40,739 nucleotides of DNA from Acinetobacter phage Petty: the sequence record KF669656.1. One strand, given 5' to 3'. This document shows, in pieces, positions 1-6,212 of the stretch. Both the position numbers and the translations under genes were made by a program. The notes beneath the pieces are model-generated. The model was not told the DNA's origin, searched no databases, and was given only the letters and a program-made list of their open reading frames with translations. The first letter of the stretch is position 1. Every line of letters begins with the position of its first letter.

Positions 1-308
1 TATAGTTTTCTGAGAGGGTATCCCCACCCTGCGCCGTCCAGCCTTCCCCCATAGGGTTCTTGCTTAGGATGACTTAGTCTATGATCAAGACTTTATAGTA
101 TCCTAAGCTATTTATTATCAAGACTGTTTCATCTTTTAATCTCCTTTCGTGGTAACTGATTGCAAGTTTATACAGTCCTTTCGATAGTGTCAAGCATTTA
201 TTGATAAATTTATTCAACTATTTTTTAAATCGGGTACTAAGTCTATGATTATCAATAGATTATAGTTATATCTTTATAGATTTATATATAGATTTATAGG
301 TTTATAGG
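1..308. repeat. Left direct terminal repeat (DTR), at least 308 bp
   Basis: Positions 1..308 are identical to 40432..40739 (checked by alignment of line blocks; offset 40431). The first ~50 nt are relatively GC-rich (gagggtatccccaccctgcgccgtccagccttccccc); the rest is AT-rich with short internal repeats (atcaagact x2, agtctatgat x2, tagatttata x3). Confidence 0.9.
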
Positions 309-382
309 TTTATTCATAGATTCAACGGCTTGCCTTTTATCATTTACTTTACCTTTTATCGTTTTAAGTATCCTATTGAGTA

Positions 383-450
383 TCTCTAATCATTCTCTAA
401 TCAATTCGCTAGTACTTCTCTAATCATTCTCTAATCATTCTCTAACCAAT
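383..450 (+). repeat. Tandem array of an 11-bp unit TCTCTAATCAT: about 5 copies plus one interrupting segment
   Basis: Read directly: tctctaatcat / tctctaatcaat / tcgctagtact / tctctaatcat / tctctaatcat / tctctaaccaat. It sits just inside the left DTR, analogous to the short repeat arrays next to the T7 terminal repeats. Confidence 0.8.
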
Positions 451-472
451 CTATAGAATATTTATTTAATTA

Positions 473-488
473 TTTTTTTTTTTTTTTT
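473..488. repeat. T16 homopolymer tract
   Basis: An uninterrupted run of 16 T starting at 473, in the left-end non-coding region. Confidence 0.85.
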
Positions 489-518
489 ATTCATTCTTAG
501 ATATTCTTATTTATTTAT

Positions 519-547
519 TCTATCAGTGTCCCTTCTAAATTTATTAT
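519..547 (-). promoter_or_regulatory. Inverted copy of the putative phage-RNAP promoter motif, oriented leftward toward the DTR
   Basis: The reverse complement of 515..545 reads aataaATTTAGAAGGGACACTgaTAGAATAA. It matches the + strand copies at 9791, 12922 and 19847, especially the 9791 copy (..GGGACACTacaTAGAATAA). Confidence 0.5.
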
Positions 548-696
548 TATTAATCAATAACTTATAAGACTCAGAATGTAATTATTTCGCCTTAAATGTA
601 ATTATATGTAATTACTATATAACTATATAAAACAATAACTTACTATTAAAAAATGTATCTCAATTGTAATCATTTAAAAATTTATTCATATTGTGC

Positions 697-724
697 TTGA
701 CATCCTGATTTTTTCAGGTAATAT
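697..724 (+). promoter_or_regulatory. Strong sigma70-type early promoter P1 (TTGACA-16-TAATAT)
   Basis: TTGACA at 697..702, 16-nt spacer, TAATAT at 719..724; A/T-rich UP-like sequence upstream. Confidence 0.7.
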
Positions 725-802
725 GAGCCTCGTACCAAGCGAATAACGCAACGGTATAGACTAGCTAGGGATGACCTACTTAGTAATTAATTAAAAATAT
801 GC

Positions 803-831
803 TTGACATCTAAACTATGAATCGTTATAGT
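803..831 (+). promoter_or_regulatory. Strong sigma70-type early promoter P2 (TTGACA-17-TATAGT)
   Basis: TTGACA at 803..808, 17-nt spacer, TATAGT at 826..831; upstream aaaaatatgc resembles P1 and P3. Confidence 0.7.
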
Positions 832-920
832 TGAGTTAAGTTTTAAATAACTGTACAAGTGCATGAGCCTAGCATTGTCTAAGGCAAGATTGACAAGGTA
901 CAAAATAATTTAAAAAGTAC

Positions 921-948
921 TTGACACTATCGAAAAACAGTGTAAAGT
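921..948 (+). promoter_or_regulatory. sigma70-type early promoter P3 (TTGACA-16-TAAAGT)
   Basis: TTGACA at 921..926, 16-nt spacer, TAAAGT at 943..948. A weaker fourth TTGACA at 889 has a poor -10. The three tandem promoters parallel T7 A1/A2/A3. Confidence 0.65.
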
Positions 949-1233
949 GTGAAGCATACAAGGGCAATTTGCTAAGCCTAACGGCATAACATAAGCGGTC
1001 AAACGTGGCGTTATAAAGTTTTGTAAGGTATCTTGCCACCTAGTAGATGATACTAGGATATTCTTTAAAGCAGACTAAATAAGAACCCTAAGCTATTGAA
1101 GCCTAGATTGTACCTTTAAGGTGTGCAATGCAATCAATGATGGATAAAATAGTGATGGTTGAGTGTACCAGTAGGCATAGGCAAGGGTCTATGTTATTTC
1201 AAGGGACACAAAAGCAAAGTGACTAGGCTAAAT

Positions 1234-1276
1234 GTTTGTTTATAGTATGATCACGGTATTTGTTGCTGTGATCATG
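1234..1276 (+). promoter_or_regulatory. Conserved early-region hairpin element, copy 1 (candidate RNase III-type processing site)
   Basis: gtttgtttatagtATGATCACggtatttgttgctGTGATCATgc: 8-bp perfect inverted repeat with a 13-nt loop, preceded by the shared GTTTnTnTATAG-ATGA motif. Lies 60 nt upstream of the first gene. Confidence 0.45.
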
Positions 1277-1335
1277 CAATTAAACAATCGGATAGTACGC
1301 TTGTACTCACAAACCTTAAAATAGGAAGTAATACT

Positions 1336-1863
1336 ATGACTATTAAACTTTACTCTACTGCTGCTGAAATCAACAAAAGCATTGTGTCTATTGCTGCTCG
1401 TGGTAAGAAATTAGACAATGACATCCAATTGACAGGTGTATCTTGTTTAAACCATGTTGCCCTTCATGGCGATACAACACTGTTGGATAAGCTAGTCAAT
1501 GCAATGCCTAAAGGTGCTCGTAAAGGTGCGTTCTGTGAATGGGCTGTTAAGTACGGTATGGTACGTATGCTTGACCGTGCGAATCCTGCTGACGCTGCTG
1601 CTATTGAACAAGGTCGCCTGTTCGCTAAGGACAAAACTAAGTCCTTCTCTGTTGAAGATGCGTTCGCTAACAAATGGTGGGACGCTAAGCCAGAGGCAGA
1701 CTTGCTGACTACTTTTGACGCTGCGAAAATGGTAGCGCAATTAGTTAAGAAGTACACTGCTGCCCAAAAAGCCGATGGCGTGGAAATCGTTGGTCAAGAT
1801 GATGCACTGAAAACACTCCGAGCGTTCATGCAATCGCTTGAAGTATCGCAAGAAACCCTGTAA
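1336..1863 (+). CDS. Early hypothetical protein (175 aa), first gene after the promoter cluster
   Basis: ATG at 1336 with AGGAAG RBS 8 nt upstream; ORF track 175 aa; phage-typical codon usage (cgt/ggt/gct). No recognisable motif. Confidence 0.75.
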   Translation: MTIKLYSTAAEINKSIVSIAARGKKLDNDIQLTGVSCLNHVALHGDTTLLDKLVNAMPKGARKGAFCEWAVKYGMVRMLDRANPADAAAIEQGRLFAKDKTKSFSVEDAFANKWWDAKPEADLLTTFDAAKMVAQLVKKYTAAQKADGVEIVGQDDALKTLRAFMQSLEVSQETL

Positions 1864-1864
1864 A

Positions 1865-1910
1865 GTTTATATATAGCATGAGTGCGCTGCGCTCATGTTA
1901 GTATATAATC
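1865..1910 (+). promoter_or_regulatory. Conserved early-region hairpin element, copy 2
   Basis: gtttatatatagCATGAGTGCGctgCGCTCATGttagtatataatc: 9-bp stem (one G-U) with a 3-nt loop. Starts 2 nt after the stop at 1863; contains TATAAT at 1903..1908. Confidence 0.45.
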
Positions 1911-1924
1911 AAGGAGTTATAGCA

Positions 1925-2113
1925 ATGGCTGTATTTAAAACACGCACAGTGGACGCTACCACTATCCAAAAAACTCGTGTACGCCAGTACAAAGATTCAA
2001 CCGAAGGGTATAATGTGGTGCGCCTGTTAGATATTAATGGCAACATTATAGGCAATGCTTTGATGGACTTTGAAGCTGATGCACCATTCTTTCGCCAGTA
2101 CCAATACACCTGA
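1925..2113 (+). CDS. Early hypothetical protein (62 aa)
   Basis: ATG at 1925 (MAVFKTRTV...) with AAGGAG RBS at 1910..1915. The ORF-track start at 1895 lies inside the upstream hairpin arm and is unlikely. Confidence 0.65.
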   Translation: MAVFKTRTVDATTIQKTRVRQYKDSTEGYNVVRLLDINGNIIGNALMDFEADAPFFRQYQYT

Positions 2114-2159
2114 GTTTACATATAGCATGAATCCGTGTGGTTCATGTTAGTATGTAATC
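2114..2159 (+). promoter_or_regulatory. Conserved early-region hairpin element, copy 3
   Basis: gtttacatatagCATGAAtccgtgtggTTCATGttagtatgtaatc shares the 5' GTTTAYATATAGCATGA and 3' TCATGTTAGTAT flanks with copy 2. Follows the stop at 2113 directly. Confidence 0.45.
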
Positions 2160-2176
2160 TAACTAAGGAACACGCT

Positions 2177-2341
2177 ATGACGTTCTACGACTACGTTACA
2201 ACGCAGCGTATCTGTGATGCGTTTGTAGATGACTACGGGAATCTTGTACCCTTGAATAGTAGCACGTACTTTACGTGGAATCTGTGGGCAGACTTTGACC
2301 ATTACTATCACGGTACTAGCCGTACCATGTTGGGAGCTTAG
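2177..2341 (+). CDS. Early hypothetical protein (54 aa)
   Basis: ATG at 2177 (MTFYDYVTTQ...) preceded by AAGGAA RBS; in frame with ORF-track entry 2135..2341. Confidence 0.6.
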   Translation: MTFYDYVTTQRICDAFVDDYGNLVPLNSSTYFTWNLWADFDHYYHGTSRTMLGA

Positions 2342-2342
2342 T

Positions 2343-2432
2343 ATGTTGCACCGTTTTAATCGCCATGCTGTACTCACAGATGTTTTAATAGCATCTGTAT
2401 CGTTGATCGCTCATGTTGGATTCCTTCTATGA
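2343..2432 (+). CDS. Putative small hydrophobic peptide (29 aa, MLHRFNRHAVLTDVLIASVSLIAHVGFLL)
   Basis: ATG at 2343, 6 nt after GGAG (2333..2336) and 1 nt after the upstream TAG stop. Single predicted TM helix. Below the ORF-track size cutoff. Confidence 0.35.
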   Translation: MLHRFNRHAVLTDVLIASVSLIAHVGFLL

Positions 2433-2503
2433 TTGATGCTCTAATATTCTGTGCGTTCCTTGCCGTTGGTGTAGCGTTGGCTGCACTGTATGATAAATAC
2501 TAA
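2429..2503 (+). CDS. Putative small hydrophobic peptide (24 aa, MIDALIFCAFLAVGVALAALYDKY)
   Basis: ATG at 2429 overlaps the stop of the preceding small ORF (ATGA coupling); ends TAA 2501..2503, 13 nt before the next gene's ATG. One TM helix. Confidence 0.3.
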   Translation: MIDALIFCAFLAVGVALAALYDKY

Positions 2504-2516
2504 TTCTGAGGTTGCT

Positions 2517-3119
2517 ATGTCTATCCTATCTGTAAACCCTAAACTTAACTGCATTTTCAACGAAGCCTTAAGTGTTGCCCTTCATAATGTTAGGATGCAA
2601 ACTGAGCTTGATGTTGTGTACACCGAGCATGACGTACCTGAAACGGGCAAGGCTATTCATGCCATGTTCGTTGAAGCTGTACAAGGTAAATGTAAGTTCC
2701 GTGTGTTGAGCGCAAGTAACGAAGCTGAGAACTTGTACTTCACACCTGACACCAACCTGTTGTACCGTGCTGTACACGATATTGATCATGCTTTATGGTA
2801 CAATGTTGGGCGTGGTACAACTAAGCAAGCTGATGAAGTGTTCTTGAATTGCCTTATGGCTAAACGTGCGTATGATTACGCCATGTCATGTGACAGTTAC
2901 ACCGAGTTAGAAGCACTGTATGTATTCTTTGCGGTGTACCATGACACTGTTGGTCAAGTACATTACTATGTACAGAACAAGGCGTTCTGTGAGAACCAAC
3001 GTGCCTTAACAATTGACCTAATGAACAGTTGTGACGGTGTGCGTTTTGTTAAACACGGACAGCTTAACCCTGCTTATGCTGTTATGAAAAGTTACTTACA
3101 AGAGTGTGGTGTACTATGA
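2517..3119 (+). CDS. Early hypothetical protein (200 aa)
   Basis: ATG at 2517 (MSILSVNPKL...) after GAGG RBS; in frame with ORF track 2490..3119. Confidence 0.75.
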   Translation: MSILSVNPKLNCIFNEALSVALHNVRMQTELDVVYTEHDVPETGKAIHAMFVEAVQGKCKFRVLSASNEAENLYFTPDTNLLYRAVHDIDHALWYNVGRGTTKQADEVFLNCLMAKRAYDYAMSCDSYTELEALYVFFAVYHDTVGQVHYYVQNKAFCENQRALTIDLMNSCDGVRFVKHGQLNPAYAVMKSYLQECGVL

Positions 3120-3517
3120 AACGATTTACTTTAGCGAACCTGAAAACAGTCTACGATGAGTTGGCTGTGCTGCTGGATAATTGGGAATCCATTGCTGCCT
3201 ATGACGGCTATGGGAATCTGTTGATCACTGGCATTGAGAAGCCTGTGTGTCCAAGTGTTGGTCTGTGCTACACAGTGCTGTACCATGCGTTTTCTAATCG
3301 CCCTGACCTAGCCGAGCAGTACTTGTGGTGTACCTTCGATGGGTACTCTGGTTGTTACCACTACCCTGTAGGTGGTGAGGACGAGTACGAGGAGGAGTAC
3401 TGTGAGAACCTGTACCGTAATCCTGAACGCAAACGGTTGGCTGAGCATTGTTACCATGAAATAGGTATGATGATTCGCCTGTGGTCTGAGAATCCAAATT
3501 ACTACACAGAGGAGTAG
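3116..3517 (+). CDS. Early hypothetical protein (133 aa)
   Basis: ATG at 3116 overlaps the upstream stop TGA 3117..3119 (ATGA coupling); MKRFTLANLK...; acidic Tyr/Glu-rich C-terminal segment. Confidence 0.7.
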   Translation: MKRFTLANLKTVYDELAVLLDNWESIAAYDGYGNLLITGIEKPVCPSVGLCYTVLYHAFSNRPDLAEQYLWCTFDGYSGCYHYPVGGEDEYEEEYCENLYRNPERKRLAEHCYHEIGMMIRLWSENPNYYTEE

Positions 3518-3521
3518 TATT

Positions 3522-3959
3522 ATGAATCGCTTTGATTTTGACACACCTAGCGAACTGTTGCTAGAATCCCTAATTCTACATGGCACACCTGTTCGGGTGT
3601 ACTATGGTTCTGCTGATGGTACAGACTACATGCACGATGCTATGACTGGTCGCCTAACACGTACCAAAGGTGGTGTTGGTCTTGTTGATCACATAGGCTT
3701 AGTGCCTGTTGATACATCACAAGTGGTACGTATTCAAGACTTGGACACTCTAAAGGATGTGTTCACCCACCCTGAATATAGCTTACCTATCTTTAAGGTT
3801 GAGGAGTACACCGACTGTTGGATTGTACGTGATGAAACAGGTATGAAGTACAGTGTGTTCTCATCGTTCAAACGTGCTGTGAATTGGATTATGCAAGTCA
3901 CTGGTGGAAATCACGAAGCCTTACGTGAGCTTAACTGGAAGCCCTATCAAGGGTGCTGA
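3522..3959 (+). CDS. Early hypothetical protein (145 aa)
   Basis: ATG at 3522 with GAGGAG RBS; ORF track 145 aa. Confidence 0.75.
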   Translation: MNRFDFDTPSELLLESLILHGTPVRVYYGSADGTDYMHDAMTGRLTRTKGGVGLVDHIGLVPVDTSQVVRIQDLDTLKDVFTHPEYSLPIFKVEEYTDCWIVRDETGMKYSVFSSFKRAVNWIMQVTGGNHEALRELNWKPYQGC

Positions 3960-4092
3960 TGTACTGTTATGCAATGGTTTTAAAATATCTATCACGTATT
4001 GTGAGGGTATGCGTTTCAGTGTTCATCGTAAGGACAAGAAGTTGCTCACGTTCTACACGTTACAAGAAGCTGTTGCATGGTGCGAGGATTAA
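3904..4092 (+). CDS. Possible small early protein (62 aa or less) in the +1 frame, GTG start uncertain
   Basis: The frame-1 ORF 3883..4092 shows phage-like third-position T bias through 3960..4092. The alternative ATG-3959 frame there uses rare AGG/AGA and gives an R/S/C-rich product. No ATG start or clear RBS; GTG at 3904 or 3925. Confidence 0.35.
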   Translation: MEITKPYVSLTGSPIKGADVLLCNGFKISITYCEGMRFSVHRKDKKLLTFYTLQEAVAWCED

Positions 4093-4093
4093 T

Positions 4094-4321
4094 ATGGACT
4101 ACGATCAATTTGTATTCAGCCAGTTGTTTATGATAATCTTTAAAGTTAGTACAGCGCACATGACTTACGATCAAGTGCACCCTGTATTACATAAGGTATG
4201 GGAGCACTGGCTATTGACGGATGCACTGTACGGACGAGCCGATCACGAAGCTGGTTACGATGCAATGGCACGTTACCTACAGGAACATAGTTCAGGTATC
4301 ATTATGTTATTGAATAAGTAA
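4094..4321 (+). CDS. Early hypothetical protein (75 aa)
   Basis: ATG at 4094 (MDYDQFVFSQ...) with GAGG RBS 4084..4087, 1 nt after the TAA stop at 4092. This is the C-terminal part of ORF-track entry 3953..4321, whose N-terminal part looks non-coding. Confidence 0.6.
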   Translation: MDYDQFVFSQLFMIIFKVSTAHMTYDQVHPVLHKVWEHWLLTDALYGRADHEAGYDAMARYLQEHSSGIIMLLNK

Positions 4322-4365
4322 CACGAGTGTCTGTACTCGCAAGTCTAAAATTTTACATGGCACAT

Positions 4366-4400
4366 GAGAGCAGCCATTTTCAAATGCTCTCCTTTGTTGG
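4366..4400 (+). terminator. Hairpin (GAGAGCA-12nt-TGCTCTC) followed by CTTTGTTGG: possible early-region terminator or processing site
   Basis: 7-bp perfect stem at 4366..4372 and 4385..4391, then a U-rich tail, between the genes ending at 4321 and starting at 4410. A second small hairpin lies at 4324..4339. Confidence 0.3.
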
Positions 4401-4409
4401 AGTTCAAAC

Positions 4410-4901
4410 ATGACTAAAGAAAATAAACAGCAGATCGTTATTAACCATAAGGTTGAGCAAGTTGTACGAGCCATTTACTTTGGCTTTGAGAAGGACAACC
4501 CTGCTGTGTTAAGCACTGGTGTAAACAAGGGAGCAGCCTTATCGTACTTCGACCCAATGGATAATGTGGTTATCGGTATTGCAGATGCGTATGGTATTCG
4601 CTTTAAACCTGAGAGTAACAGTGCTTTGATTGCATTAGGGTATCATCCAAGTGCTGTGTTGTTTGCATTGACACGTATGCGATTGAATGGTGAAGCTGTT
4701 GTACAGCGTGTCGGTGATGATCTTGTGGCTATCCATGCTGCTGTTGCTCAGCTTGCCCGTGATGTGGTATTCAATTGGGAAGTTCCTAAGTGTACAACGT
4801 CCCGTGTGACTAAGGAAACTAAGTTCAAGAAACCTATGCTTGAGAGTTACAAAACAGTACTACGTCTAAACAAAGGTATTAAGCCACCGTTGTTCGCTTA
4901 A
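4410..4901 (+). CDS. Hypothetical protein (163 aa)
   Basis: ATG at 4410 with GGAG RBS; ORF track 163 aa. Confidence 0.75.
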   Translation: MTKENKQQIVINHKVEQVVRAIYFGFEKDNPAVLSTGVNKGAALSYFDPMDNVVIGIADAYGIRFKPESNSALIALGYHPSAVLFALTRMRLNGEAVVQRVGDDLVAIHAAVAQLARDVVFNWEVPKCTTSRVTKETKFKKPMLESYKTVLRLNKGIKPPLFA

Positions 4902-4976
4902 GTACTAAGCGGTTATTTATAGATGCACTTCGCTGAGGTGTATCTATTAAGTAACTGTGATCAAAAGGAGATCAAT

Positions 4977-5510
4977 ATGAAGTACCCTAACGTGCTTATT
5001 AATGTGTTCGGAGCAGCGCACTTACAGGCTGTGATCAACGAAGGTGAACGTGCTGGCTACACAGCAGAGCAAAGCGACTTGGCATACTTTCTTGAGGGTG
5101 ATTTCAAGAGTAAGTGTGTACACTTTCAAGAGGACGGCACGTTCTATGTGTACACAGGGTTTACGGCTCAGGAATTACACAAACACTCCCACTCACGTTA
5201 TAAAGGTTCTATCGTTATTAAACAAACACGCCAGTTACGTAAGGCTTTATATAACACGGTAGCTTCCCGTGATAATCTGAGTACCCTTTGTGTGCGTACT
5301 CGTGAGTGGTGTTATAAGTGCGCTGTACCGCCACATAAACACTATGCACCTAAAGCACAGCAAGTTATTAATGTGCAACCTGATGCACCTATTGTGTGGG
5401 AACGTCCTAAAACTGAGAACACACTTGTTAATAAGTTCTTGGTACTATGTGCTGTAGCCTGTATTAAGGTTAAGCAAGCAGTAAATAAAATTGTTAAACA
5501 CTTGAAGTGA
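4977..5510 (+). CDS. Hypothetical protein (177 aa)
   Basis: ATG at 4977 (MKYPNVLINV...) preceded by AAGGAG; the ORF-track start at 4923 lacks an RBS. Confidence 0.7.
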   Translation: MKYPNVLINVFGAAHLQAVINEGERAGYTAEQSDLAYFLEGDFKSKCVHFQEDGTFYVYTGFTAQELHKHSHSRYKGSIVIKQTRQLRKALYNTVASRDNLSTLCVRTREWCYKCAVPPHKHYAPKAQQVINVQPDAPIVWERPKTENTLVNKFLVLCAVACIKVKQAVNKIVKHLK

Positions 5511-5517
5511 GGTGAGT

Positions 5518-5796
5518 ATGTCAAAATCAGAAATGTTGCAAACGAATTTGGATATTAGTCTAAGTGTACCACCTAAACCACCGAAATTAGAGGAGTACCC
5601 TTGCATTAAGTTCTGGATGGGTAACCCTAAAGAGGCACTATTATTCTTAACAGAACACACAGCTATCCGTGTAGGTTCATCGGGTGAATCTTTAGGTATG
5701 TTGTACAAGCATTATAGTCTAGGTGCTAACCATAGCGGTTGGGAAGATGCACCGAAAGGTACAGAAGTTAAAATTGTGTTCGTTCAAGGAGAGTAA
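5518..5796 (+). CDS. Hypothetical protein (92 aa)
   Basis: ATG at 5518 with GAGG RBS at 5507..5510; a GTG at 5512 in the same frame is possible. Confidence 0.7.
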   Translation: MSKSEMLQTNLDISLSVPPKPPKLEEYPCIKFWMGNPKEALLFLTEHTAIRVGSSGESLGMLYKHYSLGANHSGWEDAPKGTEVKIVFVQGE

Positions 5797-5798
5797 CA

Positions 5799-5942
5799 TT
5801 GGCTAAGCGTAAAGAGATCGAAGTAGAATTAACACCTTACGAAGAACGTAAGGAATTGCAACGTGCACGTCGTTCAGCAGAGATTGAACGGCAGCGTGAG
5901 CGCAAGGTTAAACGTCGGGATAAACGCTCTCAGGCTTATTAA
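5799..5942 (+). CDS. Small highly basic protein (47 aa, TTG start; AKRKEIEVELTPYEERKELQRARRSAEIERQRERKVKRRDKRSQAY)
   Basis: TTG at 5799 lies 5 nt after GGAGAG (5788..5793) and 2 nt after the upstream TAA. Clean phage codon usage (cgt x6); ends TAA 5940..5942, 9 nt before the next ATG. Too short for the ORF track. Confidence 0.5.
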   Translation: MAKRKEIEVELTPYEERKELQRARRSAEIERQRERKVKRRDKRSQAY

Positions 5943-5951
5943 GGAGGTGGT

Positions 5952-6212
5952 ATGCCTACTACCTATAGAATCAAGGTACGTTCAGTTGAACATTACCGTG
6001 AGTGCGTTACAGCATTGAAGGAAGTAGGTGTACGGTTCATGTGTTCTGATGAAGATGAGTTAAGCATGTACCGTTACCCTAAACGTCTTAAGTCTGCATG
6101 GATTTATGTTGGCTTAGATCGGAATGGTTGGACGTTCTTTTCTAAAAGTATTGTTAAATACGCTCATAAGGTTACTCTTAAGGATGTACTCCGAGCATTG
6201 AGGAATGAGTAA
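5952..6212 (+). CDS. Hypothetical protein (86 aa)
   Basis: ATG at 5952 with AAGGAGGTGG RBS. Confidence 0.8.
   Translation: MPTTYRIKVRSVEHYRECVTALKEVGVRFMCSDEDELSMYRYPKRLKSAWIYVGLDRNGWTFFSKSIVKYAHKVTLKDVLRALRNE

Noticed and set aside
1137-1226. 29-codon ORF ATGATGGATAAA... in the leader
   Set aside because: No RBS, and the codon usage is unlike the phage genes. It is treated as non-coding leader.
1464-1757. Minus-strand ORFs 1464..1757 and 1492..1740, and other minus-strand ORFs in the track (e.g. 2159..2377, 5445..5708, 13390..13737, 21697..22014, 28309..28716, 36816..37175, 38298..38597)
   Set aside because: All are fully embedded antisense to well-supported + strand genes in a genome whose real genes are all co-oriented. 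None has an RBS, and their compositions are low complexity. They look like shadow ORFs.
3959-4093. ATG at 3959 as the start of a 120-aa protein continuing to 4321
   Set aside because: The 3959..4093 portion uses rare AGG/AGA codons and gives an R/S/C-rich peptide. The RBS-backed ATG at 4094 is preferred for the downstream gene.
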